NCBI GenBank assembly: GCA_014729775.1
Contig: WJJJ01000025.1
Location: forward strand, 53,790-117,789
DNA length: 64,000 nt
Direction: 5' to 3'
Source of the DNA: Candidatus Omnitrophota bacterium
GTDB lineage: Bacteria; Omnitrophota; Gorgyraeia; Duberdicusellales; 4484-171
In this document: piece by piece, positions 36,261 to 46,870 of the stretch
Layout of the letters: each line of letters begins with the position of its first letter
Position numbering within the stretch: position 1 is the first letter of the stretch
Made by a program: the position numbers and the translations under genes
Notes under the pieces: model-generated
Told to the model about the DNA's origin: nothing
The model's database searches: none
The model's input: only the letters and a program-made list of their open reading frames with translations

Positions 36261-36296
36261 AAACCGGATTTACGCAGAGTAGTTTCTGGAGCTCAT

Positions 36297-37652
36297 ATGA
36301 ACCCGGCAATCTCTCCGCACTCACTGGAAAAGATTCCTCCCCAGAATCTCGAAGCCGAAATGGCAACGCTGGGCGCCATGCTGATCAACGAGGAAAGTAT
36401 TCCCGAGGTGCTCGAAACCCTTACCGAAGACGCGTTTTATAAAGACGCGCACAGAATCATTTTTTCCGCCGTTATCGAACTGTTTGATCAGCGAAAAAAA
36501 GTAGATATTCTGACCGTTTCCGAAATGCTCAGCCGCAAGAAACTCCTCGAAGCGGCCGGCGGCGCCGCCTACCTAACCACGCTGTCCGATTTTGTGCCGA
36601 CCGCCGCGCACGCGGGGCATTACGCGCAAATCGTACGGGAAAAAAGCATTCTTCGTTTTCTTATCCACAATGCTACGCAAATCGTTTCTCTGGCGTATAA
36701 AGAGGAAGGAGAGGTTTCGGGAGTGCTCGACCGGGCGGAAAAATTGATATTCGAAATCAGCGACCGGCGGGTTGAAGGCGGCTACAGCCACATCAAGGAT
36801 ATCATCAAGGACGGTATTGAATTGATTGAATCGTTGTACCATAAAAAATCACATATTACCGGGATACCGACAGGATTTCGTGATTTTGACGTTCGTACCG
36901 CCGGTCTGCAAAAAGGAGATTTTATCGTAATGGCCGGCCGCCCATCTATGGGCAAAAGCGCGCTTGCGACTACAATCGCCGAGCATGTCGCGGTAAACGA
37001 GAAGCAGCCAGTCGTCATTTTCAGCCTGGAGATGTCGAAAGAACAGCTCATGCAGCGCTTCCTATGCTCTCAGGCTAAGGTGAACATTCAAAAATTGAGG
37101 ACCGGCTTTCTTGCGCCGTCGGAGTGGCCGGTGCTGACCAGTGCGGCCGGACGCCTTTCAGAGGCTCCGCTGTTTATAGATGATACTCCCGCGATGAGTA
37201 TCTTCGAACTGCGGGCGAAAGCCCGGCGCCTGAAAGCGCATCACGACATTAAACTCATTCTCGTCGATTACCTGCAGATGATGCGCGGACCCCGCAGGGG
37301 AGAAAGCCGTCAGCAGGAAATTTCCGAAATTTCGCAATCGCTGAAAGCCTTAGCAAAGGAATTGGCGGTGCCGGTGATCGGTCTCAGTCAGTTGTCCCGG
37401 GCGGTCGAGATGCGGACGGATCACCGGCCTCAATTATCCGATTTGCGTGAGTCCGGAGCGATTGAGCAGGATGCTGACGTGGTGGTGCTGCTGCTGCGGG
37501 AGGAATATTACGATCCGACACCTGAAAATAAAGGTATGGCGGAGGTGATCATCGCGAAACAAAGGAACGGTCCGGTGGGGAGTATTCATTTGGGGTTCAT
37601 GAAGGAATTCATGAAATTCGTGAATCTGTCGCGCGCAGGGGAGGAGGGTTGA
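36297..37652 (+). CDS. dnaB: replicative DNA helicase
   Basis: 'GIPTGFRDFD', Walker A 'GRPSMGKSALA', 'IFSLEMSKEQL', 'ISQSLKALAKELAVPVIGLSQLSR'. Confidence 0.93.
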   Translation: MNPAISPHSLEKIPPQNLEAEMATLGAMLINEESIPEVLETLTEDAFYKDAHRIIFSAVIELFDQRKKVDILTVSEMLSRKKLLEAAGGAAYLTTLSDFVPTAAHAGHYAQIVREKSILRFLIHNATQIVSLAYKEEGEVSGVLDRAEKLIFEISDRRVEGGYSHIKDIIKDGIELIESLYHKKSHITGIPTGFRDFDVRTAGLQKGDFIVMAGRPSMGKSALATTIAEHVAVNEKQPVVIFSLEMSKEQLMQRFLCSQAKVNIQKLRTGFLAPSEWPVLTSAAGRLSEAPLFIDDTPAMSIFELRAKARRLKAHHDIKLILVDYLQMMRGPRRGESRQQEISEISQSLKALAKELAVPVIGLSQLSRAVEMRTDHRPQLSDLRESGAIEQDADVVVLLLREEYYDPTPENKGMAEVIIAKQRNGPVGSIHLGFMKEFMKFVNLSRAGEEG

Positions 37653-37684
37653 CTTTGAAAATCAAAACGCTTATAATACCTGAA

Positions 37685-39958
37685 ATGAAAAACGTTCTTA
37701 TCCTGTTTTTGAGCGTACTGGTGCTTTTTCCCTTCTCCGGCACCGCGCAGAACACCGTGTCCCGCATCGAAATCCAAGGTAACTCCATCGTCAGTGACGC
37801 GACGATTATTTCCAAAATCAAGAGCCGTGCAGGCCAGCCGGTAAGCGAAAACGTCGTCAACCAGGATATCAAGAACCTCATTGCCACCGGTTTTTTTGAA
37901 ACGGTGGAAGTCAATACCCGTCAGGGAGACGACGGACAGATATTGGTTTTTTCCGTCCAGGAGAAACCCGTGCTGGACGAGCTCAGGATCGAAGGAGCGC
38001 GCCGGATCAGAGCCAGAACGATAAAAGAAACGATCCAGTTGAAGGAAGGCAGTTTCATCGACGAGTACCGGCTCGAAGAAGCGGTGCGTAAGATCGAAGA
38101 TCTCTATGCGCAAAAAGGTTTCTCTCAGGCCCAGGCCGAATATTCATTGCGGTCGGAGGATGCCGGCCAAACTGTGGTCAATATTACCATAAACGAAAGC
38201 GAAGTGCGGAAAGTCCGGAAGGTCACGATTGCAGGAAATGAGGAGTTTTCCGATGCACGGATCCTCAAACTGATGAAGACACGTCCGGCGTGGCTTTTCA
38301 ACAAGGGCCTGTTCAAGGAAGCGCAGTTGAAGGATGATGTGAGCCGTATCAAGGATTTTTATCTTCAGCACGGGTTCAGCGACGCAGAGGTTTCGGCTGA
38401 AACTGAGAAAAAGACCGAAGGCATATACGTCACGATATCCGTCAAAGAAGGTCCTCAGTATTTTATCGGAGAGGTGGAAATTAAAGGAAACGAAATGGTT
38501 TCGACCGGGGAACTGCGTCAGTCACTGGTGCATACGCAAGGAGACGTGTTCAGCGAAACTGCCCTGTATGAAGATGCCGCGAATTTGAAAGGTGTATATG
38601 TTGACAAGGGGTATATTTTTGCGAACGTCGAGCCGTTGAGCATATATGATCCCCAAACGGAACGGATTCAGATCACCTATCGCGTGACCGAGAATGAAAT
38701 CGCCTATCTGGAGCAAATAAATATACAAGGAAACGAAAAAACCAAGGACGAAGTGATCCGGAGGGAACTGCGCGTGTATCCGGGCGATAAGTTCGACGGG
38801 GAAAAGCTTCGTCGCAGCAAGGAGCGGCTTGACAACCTCGGTTTTTTTGAGGAAGTAACGGTGGATACCGAACCCGGATCCAAGCCGAATTGGGTTGATT
38901 TGGTCTTTGACGTAAAAGAAGCGAAGACCGGATACGTGAGTTTCGGCGGCGGATACAGTTCAATCGATGAATTCATCGGCTTTATGGAGATCCGGCAGCG
39001 GAATTTCGACTATCAGAACTGGAAAACGTTTACCGGGGCCGGACAGGATCTGAGTCTCAATATGAGTTTGGGTACCATCACCGACCGCTACCAGTTAAGC
39101 TTCACCAATCCCTGGATTTTCGATCAGCCTCTTTCCTTTGGATTTGACGCCTACAAAAAGGGACACGATCAAGAGGACGATGTCGGGTACGCCTACGAGG
39201 AAGATATACGCGGAGGAGTACTGAGATTATCGCGCGAATTCGGTGAACGGGTCAAGGCCGGAGTCGCGTATCGCTTTGAGCGGGTCGAGATTAGCGATGT
39301 GGTGGATGACGCGACCCAGGCGCTGAAAGACGAAGCAGGAGAAAATGATTTGAGTACGGGAGAATTTCACCTTAGTTACGACACCCGAAATAGCGTGTTT
39401 ACGCCCTCCCGGGGAATATATGTGACAAACACCCTTCAGCTTACGGGCTCCGTGCTGGGCGGAGACCGCGATTTCGTGAAGTATTTCGTGCGCGGGAGTA
39501 AATATTTTCCGTTGTTCCACGATTCGGTTCTTGAAATTCGGGGCAGAGTGGGATTCGGAGACACCATTGACAGTACCGATAAAATCCCGATATATGAACG
39601 TTTTTTTGCCGGTGGCGCCTCCACTATCCGTGGATACCAGGAACGAAAAGTCGGGCCGATCGATGCGGTGACCGACGATCCCGTCGGAGGAGAAGCGCTT
39701 TTCGTAGCGAATATCGAATACACCTATCCGCTGGTCGAGGATTTTTTGAAACTGGCGACATTTTTTGATACCGGCAATGTCTGGGCGGAGAATCAGGATT
39801 TTCTTGACGGGGACCTTAAATCAAGCGTCGGTCTCGGTTTTCGGGTCAAAACTCCCCTGGGGCCGGTGAGTGTCGATTACGGCTGGCCGCTTGACGTGGA
39901 ACCGGGGGAAGAAGACAAGGAAGGACGGTTCCATTTCAACATCAGCCGGGGATTCTAG
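37685..39958 (+). CDS. bamA: outer membrane protein assembly factor BamA (Omp85, POTRA repeats + beta-barrel)
   Basis: ATG at 37685 with signal peptide 'MKNVLILFLSVLVLFPFSGTAQ'; the track start at 37649 is TTG. Five POTRA-like repeats; C-terminal barrel ending '...FHFNISRGF'. Confidence 0.9.
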   Translation: MKNVLILFLSVLVLFPFSGTAQNTVSRIEIQGNSIVSDATIISKIKSRAGQPVSENVVNQDIKNLIATGFFETVEVNTRQGDDGQILVFSVQEKPVLDELRIEGARRIRARTIKETIQLKEGSFIDEYRLEEAVRKIEDLYAQKGFSQAQAEYSLRSEDAGQTVVNITINESEVRKVRKVTIAGNEEFSDARILKLMKTRPAWLFNKGLFKEAQLKDDVSRIKDFYLQHGFSDAEVSAETEKKTEGIYVTISVKEGPQYFIGEVEIKGNEMVSTGELRQSLVHTQGDVFSETALYEDAANLKGVYVDKGYIFANVEPLSIYDPQTERIQITYRVTENEIAYLEQINIQGNEKTKDEVIRRELRVYPGDKFDGEKLRRSKERLDNLGFFEEVTVDTEPGSKPNWVDLVFDVKEAKTGYVSFGGGYSSIDEFIGFMEIRQRNFDYQNWKTFTGAGQDLSLNMSLGTITDRYQLSFTNPWIFDQPLSFGFDAYKKGHDQEDDVGYAYEEDIRGGVLRLSREFGERVKAGVAYRFERVEISDVVDDATQALKDEAGENDLSTGEFHLSYDTRNSVFTPSRGIYVTNTLQLTGSVLGGDRDFVKYFVRGSKYFPLFHDSVLEIRGRVGFGDTIDSTDKIPIYERFFAGGASTIRGYQERKVGPIDAVTDDPVGGEALFVANIEYTYPLVEDFLKLATFFDTGNVWAENQDFLDGDLKSSVGLGFRVKTPLGPVSVDYGWPLDVEPGEEDKEGRFHFNISRGF

Positions 39959-40007
39959 TCGGAATGAGCCATATTTTACGGAGGAATGAGTTAAAGGAGG
40001 CAATCGA

Positions 40008-40520
40008 ATGAAAAGAATAGTAGTGATGCTGATCGGCATGTGTGTGATCGCCGGAGTACCGTGGTGCGGATCCGCCGATGCGAAGGATATGAAGATAGGG
40101 TATGTCGATGTGTTTAAAGTATTTAATGAATACGAAAAAACAAAGGAATACGACGCAGTACTGGAAAAGAAAAAAGAAGAAAAGGAAGCCCAGCTGCAGG
40201 AGAAGAAGGAAAAGATCGAACAGATGCAGAATAAGTTGAGCATGATGAAAGAAAAGGAACAAGGGACCCAGCGGGAAAAGATCGCCGAGGCAGTAAAAGA
40301 ATTCAAATCTATCGAACGTGAATCATTTATCGATCTGAAGAAAACCAGGGACGAACGCATGAAAGAAATCGTCGAAGATATTGATAAGGTCGTCGAGGAA
40401 TTCGCCCAGGAAGAAGGGTATGACTTGATCGTGAACGGCAACGCGGTCCTTTACGGAAGCGGAAATTTGGATATAACCGACCAGATACTCAAAAAGGTGA
40501 ACCAGCGATACGGACGTTAA
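40008..40520 (+). CDS. skp: periplasmic chaperone Skp/OmpH
   Basis: Signal peptide; 'IGYVDVFKVFNEYEKTKE' followed by a long K/E-rich coiled coil; bamA-skp-lpxD order. Confidence 0.85.
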   Translation: MKRIVVMLIGMCVIAGVPWCGSADAKDMKIGYVDVFKVFNEYEKTKEYDAVLEKKKEEKEAQLQEKKEKIEQMQNKLSMMKEKEQGTQREKIAEAVKEFKSIERESFIDLKKTRDERMKEIVEDIDKVVEEFAQEEGYDLIVNGNAVLYGSGNLDITDQILKKVNQRYGR

Positions 40521-40541
40521 TCGGGCGGTGGAGAGTAAAGA

Positions 40542-41585
40542 GTGAAGTATACGCTGGGACAGATCAATGAGATGATCCAGGGCGCGCTGGTCGGGGATCC
40601 TCAAGTGCTGATTACCGGTATCTCCGGCATTAAGGAGGCCAGACAAGGGGACATTACCTTTCTCGCCAATTCGAAATACCTGCCTCTGATGAATTCTACC
40701 AAAGCGTCGGCGATTATTGTTTCGCGGGAGATTGAACAGTCTTCTAAACCGATCATTCAGACGGAAAACCCGTCATTGGCGTTCGCGAAAGTAGTGAATA
40801 TCGTGGCGCCCAACGACATGAGCCATCCTAAAGGAATCCATCCTACGGCGGTCATCTCTCCGAATGCCCGTTTAGGAAAAAACGTTTCCGTAGGAGCCTA
40901 TACGATCATCGAGAGCGAGTGTGAGATCGGAGACGGGAGCATCATTTACGGAGGGTGTTTTTTAGGGCGTGAGGTGCGGATCGGCAAGGATTGTCTGGTA
41001 TACCCGCACGTTTCCATTCGCGAGGGAATCCGTCTGGGCAACCGGGTAATCGTACACTCCGGAGCGGTGATCGGCAGTGATGGTTTTGGATTTGCCACCG
41101 TAAAGGGGATGCAGGAAAAAATTCCTCAAATCGGGACGGTGGAAATCGAGGATGACGTGGAGATCGGTTCTAACGTGACGATTGACCGGGCGAGGTTTGA
41201 TACGACTCATATCGGTCGCGGGACCAAAATCGATAATTTGGTGCAGATTGCTCATAACGTGCATATCGGAGAGAATTGTATTATCGTAGCCCAGGCGGGG
41301 ATTTCGGGAAGCACGACCCTCGGCAAGGGCGTGATACTCGCCGGTCAGGCGGGAGTAGTCGGACATATTCAAATCGGCGACGGCGCCATTGTTGCTGCGC
41401 AGGCCGGAGTTACTAAAGCCGTTCCGGCAGGGACAAAAGTGTCCGGCTATCCGGCAAAGCCTCATGGGGAAGCAAAGCGGGTCAATGCCTGCATGCAGCG
41501 TCTGCCGCAGTTACACAAAAGGATCAAAGAACTGGAAGAGAAAATTTCACAACTGGAGAAACGATTAGAGGAGCATGATGGATAA
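40542..41585 (+). CDS. lpxD: UDP-3-O-acylglucosamine N-acyltransferase
   Basis: GTG start; N-terminal 'ITGISGIKEARQGDITFL' followed by a hexapeptide-repeat left-handed beta-helix. Confidence 0.9.
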   Translation: MKYTLGQINEMIQGALVGDPQVLITGISGIKEARQGDITFLANSKYLPLMNSTKASAIIVSREIEQSSKPIIQTENPSLAFAKVVNIVAPNDMSHPKGIHPTAVISPNARLGKNVSVGAYTIIESECEIGDGSIIYGGCFLGREVRIGKDCLVYPHVSIREGIRLGNRVIVHSGAVIGSDGFGFATVKGMQEKIPQIGTVEIEDDVEIGSNVTIDRARFDTTHIGRGTKIDNLVQIAHNVHIGENCIIVAQAGISGSTTLGKGVILAGQAGVVGHIQIGDGAIVAAQAGVTKAVPAGTKVSGYPAKPHGEAKRVNACMQRLPQLHKRIKELEEKISQLEKRLEEHDG

Positions 41586-42891
41586 ACAACGCACGGTATC
41601 TCAACCGATTCATTGTGAAGGTGTGGGGCTGCACACCGGCGAAAAATCCCGTCTGGAAATAGTCCCATCGGCGCCGAATGCGGGTATTACCTTTTCCCGG
41701 AGGGATATCGCTTCCGGGCTGATCAAAGCAGATTTCTATTCGGTGCTGGACACGACGAAATTTCCGCGCCGGACTTCCATCGGCACGCAGGATTCATACA
41801 TTCATACCATTGAGCATCTTATGGCTGCATTTCATATTCTTCATATCGATAACGCGCACGTAAATATCTGGGGAGAGGAAGTGCCCGGATTGGACGGGAG
41901 CGCGAAAGGATTCGTGGACCGCATTACCGAGGCGGGAACCGGCGAACAGAGCGCGCCGCGGAATTATCTCACGCTGCGGGAACCGCTTTGGGTAGAAGAC
42001 GGGGAATCCCGTATCATGCTCTTTCCGCACAACGGTTTGCGTATATCCTACGCTCTGAAATACGATAATCCTTTGATCGGCGCCGGATATGTGGACGTTG
42101 ATCTTACCCGGCCCCTGCCCGATAATTTTTACGAAGCCCGCACGTTTTGCCTGGAGGAAGAAGTCCAGCCTCTTCTTGATATGGGGTTGGGAAAAGGATC
42201 GAATTACGAGAACACACTGGTGGTTTCGAATAAAGGAATTAAAAACAACCGAATTCGTCTGGATGACGAATTCATTAAACACAAACTGCTTGATCTGGTC
42301 GGTGATCTGTATCTGGCCGGTCCGATCAAAGCCCATATTTTTGCCGTTCGCAGCGGGCATAAATTGAATATTAAACTGCTGGAGAAGTTGCGGAAATACA
42401 AAGAAAAAGTGATCAGCGGCGGCGTGGGGTCGCAAACCGGTTTTATCCCCGAAGGAAACGAACTGAAAGCGGAAGAGATCATGAAGATTCTTCCGCATCG
42501 CTATCCGTTCCTGCTTGTGGACAGAATCAGCTATCTTGACCGGGGAAAACGCGCGGTGGGCATTAAATGCGTGACGATGAACGAATATTTCTTTCAGGGA
42601 CACTTTCCCGGCCGTCCGGTAATGCCCGGAGTATTGATGATCGAGGCGATGGCCCAGGTGGGAGGGGTATTGATGCTCGCCTGCGAAGAACATAAAGGGA
42701 AATTAGCGTTTTTCATGGCGGCTGATAAAGTGAAATTCCGCAAGACAGTTGAACCGGGAGATTGTCTTACGATCGAAGTCGTGGCCGGTAAAGTGAAGAA
42801 AAAGACCGGCACCGTTCATGCCAAAACGTACGTGCAGAATAAGGTTGTTGCCGAAGCGGAATTGATGTTCGCGCTGGTCGGCGCGGCATAG
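41575..42891 (+). CDS. lpxC/fabZ: bifunctional UDP-3-O-acyl-GlcNAc deacetylase / 3-hydroxyacyl-ACP dehydratase (LpxC-FabZ fusion)
   Basis: N-terminal 'IHCEGVGLHTGEKSRLEIVPSAPNAGITF' and 'HTIEHLMAAF' are LpxC. The C-terminal 150 aa ('LPHRYPFLLVDRI', 'GHFPGRPVMPGVLMIEAMAQ') are FabZ. Confidence 0.9.
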   Translation: MMDKQRTVSQPIHCEGVGLHTGEKSRLEIVPSAPNAGITFSRRDIASGLIKADFYSVLDTTKFPRRTSIGTQDSYIHTIEHLMAAFHILHIDNAHVNIWGEEVPGLDGSAKGFVDRITEAGTGEQSAPRNYLTLREPLWVEDGESRIMLFPHNGLRISYALKYDNPLIGAGYVDVDLTRPLPDNFYEARTFCLEEEVQPLLDMGLGKGSNYENTLVVSNKGIKNNRIRLDDEFIKHKLLDLVGDLYLAGPIKAHIFAVRSGHKLNIKLLEKLRKYKEKVISGGVGSQTGFIPEGNELKAEEIMKILPHRYPFLLVDRISYLDRGKRAVGIKCVTMNEYFFQGHFPGRPVMPGVLMIEAMAQVGGVLMLACEEHKGKLAFFMAADKVKFRKTVEPGDCLTIEVVAGKVKKKTGTVHAKTYVQNKVVAEAELMFALVGAA

Positions 42892-42982
42892 GATCTTTTC
42901 TTTCCCGACGGATCATTCCTTCCTTTTTCGTTGTCCGCCGGTCATTTTTTGATATAATGTATTTTGTGATACCCAGAGACCT

Positions 42983-43771
42983 ATGCCTGTTGAAATTCAC
43001 CCCACAGCAATGGTGCATGAAAACGCCCTCCTCCAGGACGGAGTGTGCGTCGGGCCTCACGCGATCGTCGGTCCGGATGTGTCGATAGGTGCCGGAACGA
43101 GTCTCGCGGCTTTCGCTCAGGTGATCGGACATACCGAAATCGGCAGATCCTGCCAGATATTCTCCTACGCCGTAATCGGCAGCATCCCGCAGGACCTGAA
43201 ATACAAAGGAGAACGTTCCTACCTGAAAATAGGCGATTACAACCGTATCAGGGAATTCGTGACCGTGAATCCCGGTACCGAAAGGGACGCGGTAACCCGC
43301 ATCGGGAACGGGAATCTGCTCATGGCCTATTCCCATATTGCGCACGATTGCGTAATAGGGAACAATAATATTCTCGCCAATAACGCCACGCTGGCCGGTT
43401 ACGTGACCATCGAAGACAAGGCGGTTATCGGTGGACTCGCGGCAGTACATCAATTCTGCCGTATCGGCGCTTACTCCATCGTCGGGGGATGCTCAAAGGT
43501 CGTCCAGGATATTCCGCCCTATTCGATGTGCGACGGTCATCCGGCAAAAGTGCACGGATTGAACCTGGTTGGTCTCAGGCGAGCGTCGATGCCGACGGCA
43601 ACCGTCCAGGCGTTAAAAAAAGCATTCAAAATACTTTTTTTCGAACAGCATTCCTATTCCCAGGGCGCAAAAAAGATTCGTGGCGAAGGTCCGTGCGTGC
43701 CGGAAGTGGAGAGTCTGCTGAAATTCGTGGCGGAATCCAAGCGGGGGATCAACAAAAGGCACGCAGCGTGA
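42983..43771 (+). CDS. lpxA: acyl-ACP--UDP-N-acetylglucosamine O-acyltransferase
   Basis: 'IHPTAMVHENALLQDGVCVGPHAIVGPDVSIG' hexapeptide repeats; 262 aa. Confidence 0.9.
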   Translation: MPVEIHPTAMVHENALLQDGVCVGPHAIVGPDVSIGAGTSLAAFAQVIGHTEIGRSCQIFSYAVIGSIPQDLKYKGERSYLKIGDYNRIREFVTVNPGTERDAVTRIGNGNLLMAYSHIAHDCVIGNNNILANNATLAGYVTIEDKAVIGGLAAVHQFCRIGAYSIVGGCSKVVQDIPPYSMCDGHPAKVHGLNLVGLRRASMPTATVQALKKAFKILFFEQHSYSQGAKKIRGEGPCVPEVESLLKFVAESKRGINKRHAA

Positions 43772-43772
43772 C

Positions 43773-44609
43773 ATGACTGCGAAAACAAAGATCGGGATCA
43801 TTGCCGGGAACCGTTTACTGCCGGTTGTTCTTGCCGCGGCAATCCGGCGGCAATGTCCTGAGTGTGAGATTATCGCGCTGTGCTTTCGGGGAGAGACTTC
43901 CTCACGGATCAAACGATTTGCTGACCGGACTCATTGGCTCGTGCCCGGCCATCTCGCCCGCTTAATCCATCTCTTGAAAAAATACGACCTTACCCGCTGT
44001 ATCCTGGCGGGGCAAATTTCCCCATTGAGAATTTTTCAGCCGCGGTACTGGGATAGGGCATTCCGCGAGTTGGTGGACCAAATCGAGGATTTTCGTCCGC
44101 ATACGGTTTTTTCTGGCTTAATTCACAGACTGGAACAGGAAGGGATCGTCTTTCTCGATTCGACGGAGTATCTGCGGGATCTGCTCGCTCATCCGGGTCC
44201 CATGAACAAAATGATACCGGATGCACATCTGCAGCGTGATATTGTGTTCGGTTCCCGCGTGGCGGCGCGCTACGTGGAGCTTGATATCGGGCAAACCCTG
44301 GTAGTGAAAAATAAGACCGTTGCCGCCCTCGAATCGCTGGAGGGGACTGACCGTACGCTGATCCGGGGGGCTCGGCTGGCCGGCCGCAATTGCGTCGCAG
44401 TAAAATACAGCCGAAAGCATCAGGATCTACGGTTTGACGTGCCGGTTATCGGACTGCGGACGTTGCGCGTGCTGCGCCGTATGCGGGCCGGCGCGTGCGT
44501 ACTGGAAGCCGGCCGGGTTATTATGCTGGAAAAACCAAAGTTTCTGCGCGCAGCCGCACGTTACGGGATCCCCGTGGTGGGTACGGAAGCAGGAGCAGGT
44601 GATGGCTAA
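43773..44609 (+). CDS. lpxI: UDP-2,3-diacylglucosamine pyrophosphatase, LpxI family (DUF1009)
   Basis: 278 aa. N-terminal 'KIGIIAGNRLLPVVLAAAIRR' and C-terminal 'RFDVPVIGLRTLRV' match LpxI/DUF1009. Immediately follows lpxA (stop/start overlap), as in lpxA-lpxI-lpxB loci. Confidence 0.65.
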   Translation: MTAKTKIGIIAGNRLLPVVLAAAIRRQCPECEIIALCFRGETSSRIKRFADRTHWLVPGHLARLIHLLKKYDLTRCILAGQISPLRIFQPRYWDRAFRELVDQIEDFRPHTVFSGLIHRLEQEGIVFLDSTEYLRDLLAHPGPMNKMIPDAHLQRDIVFGSRVAARYVELDIGQTLVVKNKTVAALESLEGTDRTLIRGARLAGRNCVAVKYSRKHQDLRFDVPVIGLRTLRVLRRMRAGACVLEAGRVIMLEKPKFLRAAARYGIPVVGTEAGAGDG

Positions 44610-46506
44610 ATACCCGCAGGTGCTCTTGTGGGCAGCTGCCCTCTGTCTGACGGTGCTTCCCGGTGAGGGATACGGTCAGAAAAAGCCTTCACATCTGAAT
44701 CTGGCTTTATTATTCAAGGAGAACGGAGAATACGTCCGCGCCGCGCAAATACTTGACCGTGCGCAAGAGGATGATACTCCGGAAGTTCTCCGGATACGGG
44801 CGGAGGTCGCGGTGATGAGCGGTGATCCCCGGACGGCGTTGGAGTACTATGCCCTCCTGCCGCGCCGGGAATGGTATGACCATATTTATCAGGGGTTGGC
44901 CTATGAACAGCTCGACGCGCCGGAGCGCGCCTGCCGTGCATACGAAGAATCGCTCGGAAAGAAACGGTCATCGATTCCTCTCTACCGCCTGGCCAAACTT
45001 CATCTGCGGAAAAAAAGATACGCCGCTGCCAGAAAATATTTTCAGGAACTGTTGGACCTTGATCCCAGTTACCGGATCGCCTATTATCATTTAGGCCGCA
45101 TTTTCCTGAGGGAAAAGGAGTACGCGTCGGCATACCGGATGCTTTCCAAAGCGGTTCGTTTCTTCCCGGAACGGGATCCGGCCGAGACGGCGCTGGCCGA
45201 GGCCAGGACGGGATTGGGCGAAGAGTATTTTCGCGCACGGAAAAAGGAGAAAACCGCAAAAAGAAAAAAGATAGAGATACCGGATTATCTGCCTCATACC
45301 GGAAAAATGGTACGGGTGGGGCTCGCAGAGGGACTCGAAACGCTTACCTTGCGCTGCGGACGCGCCTGTATTTTTTCCGACGGTACCCGGCAATTTACCG
45401 GGTCATCAGGGGTGTTCTACACCCTGGAAACCCGCCGCGGCGGGCTCATTCTGCGTCCGGCCGAAACCCAGACAATCCTGACGCGTTTCAGCGGACCAGT
45501 GACGGTCCGTTCATCACAGTCCGAAAGAGGAGAGCGATCGTTGTTTTACCTGTTCGACGTGATCTACGGCCGGGACGCCTATTGGCACAAGCGGATTGAC
45601 CGGATGTACCGGGGAAATCTGCGCGTGATCCCCCGGGGCAAGACCTTCACCGTAGTAAACCACCTGACTCGTCAGGAATACCTGTACGGAGTACTGCCCG
45701 CCGAAATCCTGTCCGGTTCTCCGGTCGAAGCGCTCAGAGCGCAATCGGTTGCCGCCAGAACGATTGCCAGCCGGAATCTCGGCCGCCACGAAAAACAGGG
45801 GTACGACTTTTGCGCTGATACCCATTGCCAGGTCTATCAGGGATATTCGCACGAAACGGACCGCACCAATCGAGCGGTTGACGCGACGCGGAATGAAGTG
45901 CTCTATTTCGGGTCCGAGCCCATTGAAACACTGTACCATTCAAATTGCGGAGGATGCGTACGGTCTGATGCCTACGGAAAAAGAAAGTATTTCGCGCATG
46001 CGTTCGATTTCGACAACGGCAGGTATAAGGGGCTCACTCCCGGCGAATTCACTCCATTTTTGGAAGAGCTTTGGTTTTACGAAGAACCAAAAGCCTTTTC
46101 TTACCGGCAAAGCACCAAATATCGCTGGCAGAGAGCCTATGACGCCGAAGATTACCGATTCGCGTTCGGTGATGATTTGAGGAATGTGCGTATTCGTACT
46201 GGAGAAAAGGATGAATGTTTTCATCACGATACGCTGGAAATCACGAGTGGCGGCGAACAGGTTACGGTAAGGGGGGACTGGAGAATAAGGAAATACTTTC
46301 AGGGGTTACGATCGAGCGCGTTCAAGTTCGAGCAGGTCAGGTTTCCTTCCGATGCCGATGCGGTCCTGCTGTTCTGGGGAGCCGGATTCGGCCACGGAAC
46401 GGGCCTGTGTCAGGACGGGGCAGTGGGAATGGCCAGCCAAGGTTTCTCCTACGAGAAGATTCTTACCCACTATTATCCCCATACCCGGTTGATTAAGGAA
46501 GAGTAA
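44602..46506 (+). CDS. secreted TPR + SpoIID/LytB-domain protein
   Basis: ATG at 44602 with signal peptide 'MAKYPQVLLWAAALCLTVLPGEG'. N-terminal TPRs; C-terminal 'AARTIASRNL...YDFCADTHCQVYQGY...LYHSNCGG' SpoIID/LytB signature. Confidence 0.75.
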   Translation: MAKYPQVLLWAAALCLTVLPGEGYGQKKPSHLNLALLFKENGEYVRAAQILDRAQEDDTPEVLRIRAEVAVMSGDPRTALEYYALLPRREWYDHIYQGLAYEQLDAPERACRAYEESLGKKRSSIPLYRLAKLHLRKKRYAAARKYFQELLDLDPSYRIAYYHLGRIFLREKEYASAYRMLSKAVRFFPERDPAETALAEARTGLGEEYFRARKKEKTAKRKKIEIPDYLPHTGKMVRVGLAEGLETLTLRCGRACIFSDGTRQFTGSSGVFYTLETRRGGLILRPAETQTILTRFSGPVTVRSSQSERGERSLFYLFDVIYGRDAYWHKRIDRMYRGNLRVIPRGKTFTVVNHLTRQEYLYGVLPAEILSGSPVEALRAQSVAARTIASRNLGRHEKQGYDFCADTHCQVYQGYSHETDRTNRAVDATRNEVLYFGSEPIETLYHSNCGGCVRSDAYGKRKYFAHAFDFDNGRYKGLTPGEFTPFLEELWFYEEPKAFSYRQSTKYRWQRAYDAEDYRFAFGDDLRNVRIRTGEKDECFHHDTLEITSGGEQVTVRGDWRIRKYFQGLRSSAFKFEQVRFPSDADAVLLFWGAGFGHGTGLCQDGAVGMASQGFSYEKILTHYYPHTRLIKEE

Positions 46507-46870
46507 TCGCGAGAATTCTGGGGAGGAATAACAGGATGCCCACGCATATCGCGCCGGCGCACACTACGAGGACCGCGCCGGAAGCAATATCCTTGATGAT
46601 CTTGATCCGGGGATCGGTTTCGGGATTGATCATGTCACAGAGGTATTCGACGACCGTGTTAAAGACTTCGGATACGAATACGGTGAGAATGACGAGCAGG
46701 AGAATGACCATTTCCAGAAGCGAACAGCGAAGCCATATCGCGAATACATATACCGCGAATCCGATCAGAAAAATGATCCGGGCGTTGCGTTCGGTGCGTA
46801 CGACGATCAAGAGTCCACGCAGCGCGCTGAGGAGACTTTCCCGAATGGTGTGATGATGCCAGCTTTTCAT
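46493..46870 (-). CDS. dgkA: diacylglycerol kinase / undecaprenol kinase (DgkA family)
   Basis: 125 aa, 3 TM; 'ERNARIHF'-like 'ERNARIIF' and 'EVFNTVVEYLCD' DgkA motifs. Confidence 0.8.
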   Translation of the reverse strand: MKSWHHHTIRESLLSALRGLLIVVRTERNARIIFLIGFAVYVFAIWLRCSLLEMVILLLVILTVFVSEVFNTVVEYLCDMINPETDPRIKIIKDIASGAVLVVCAGAICVGILLFLPRILAITLP

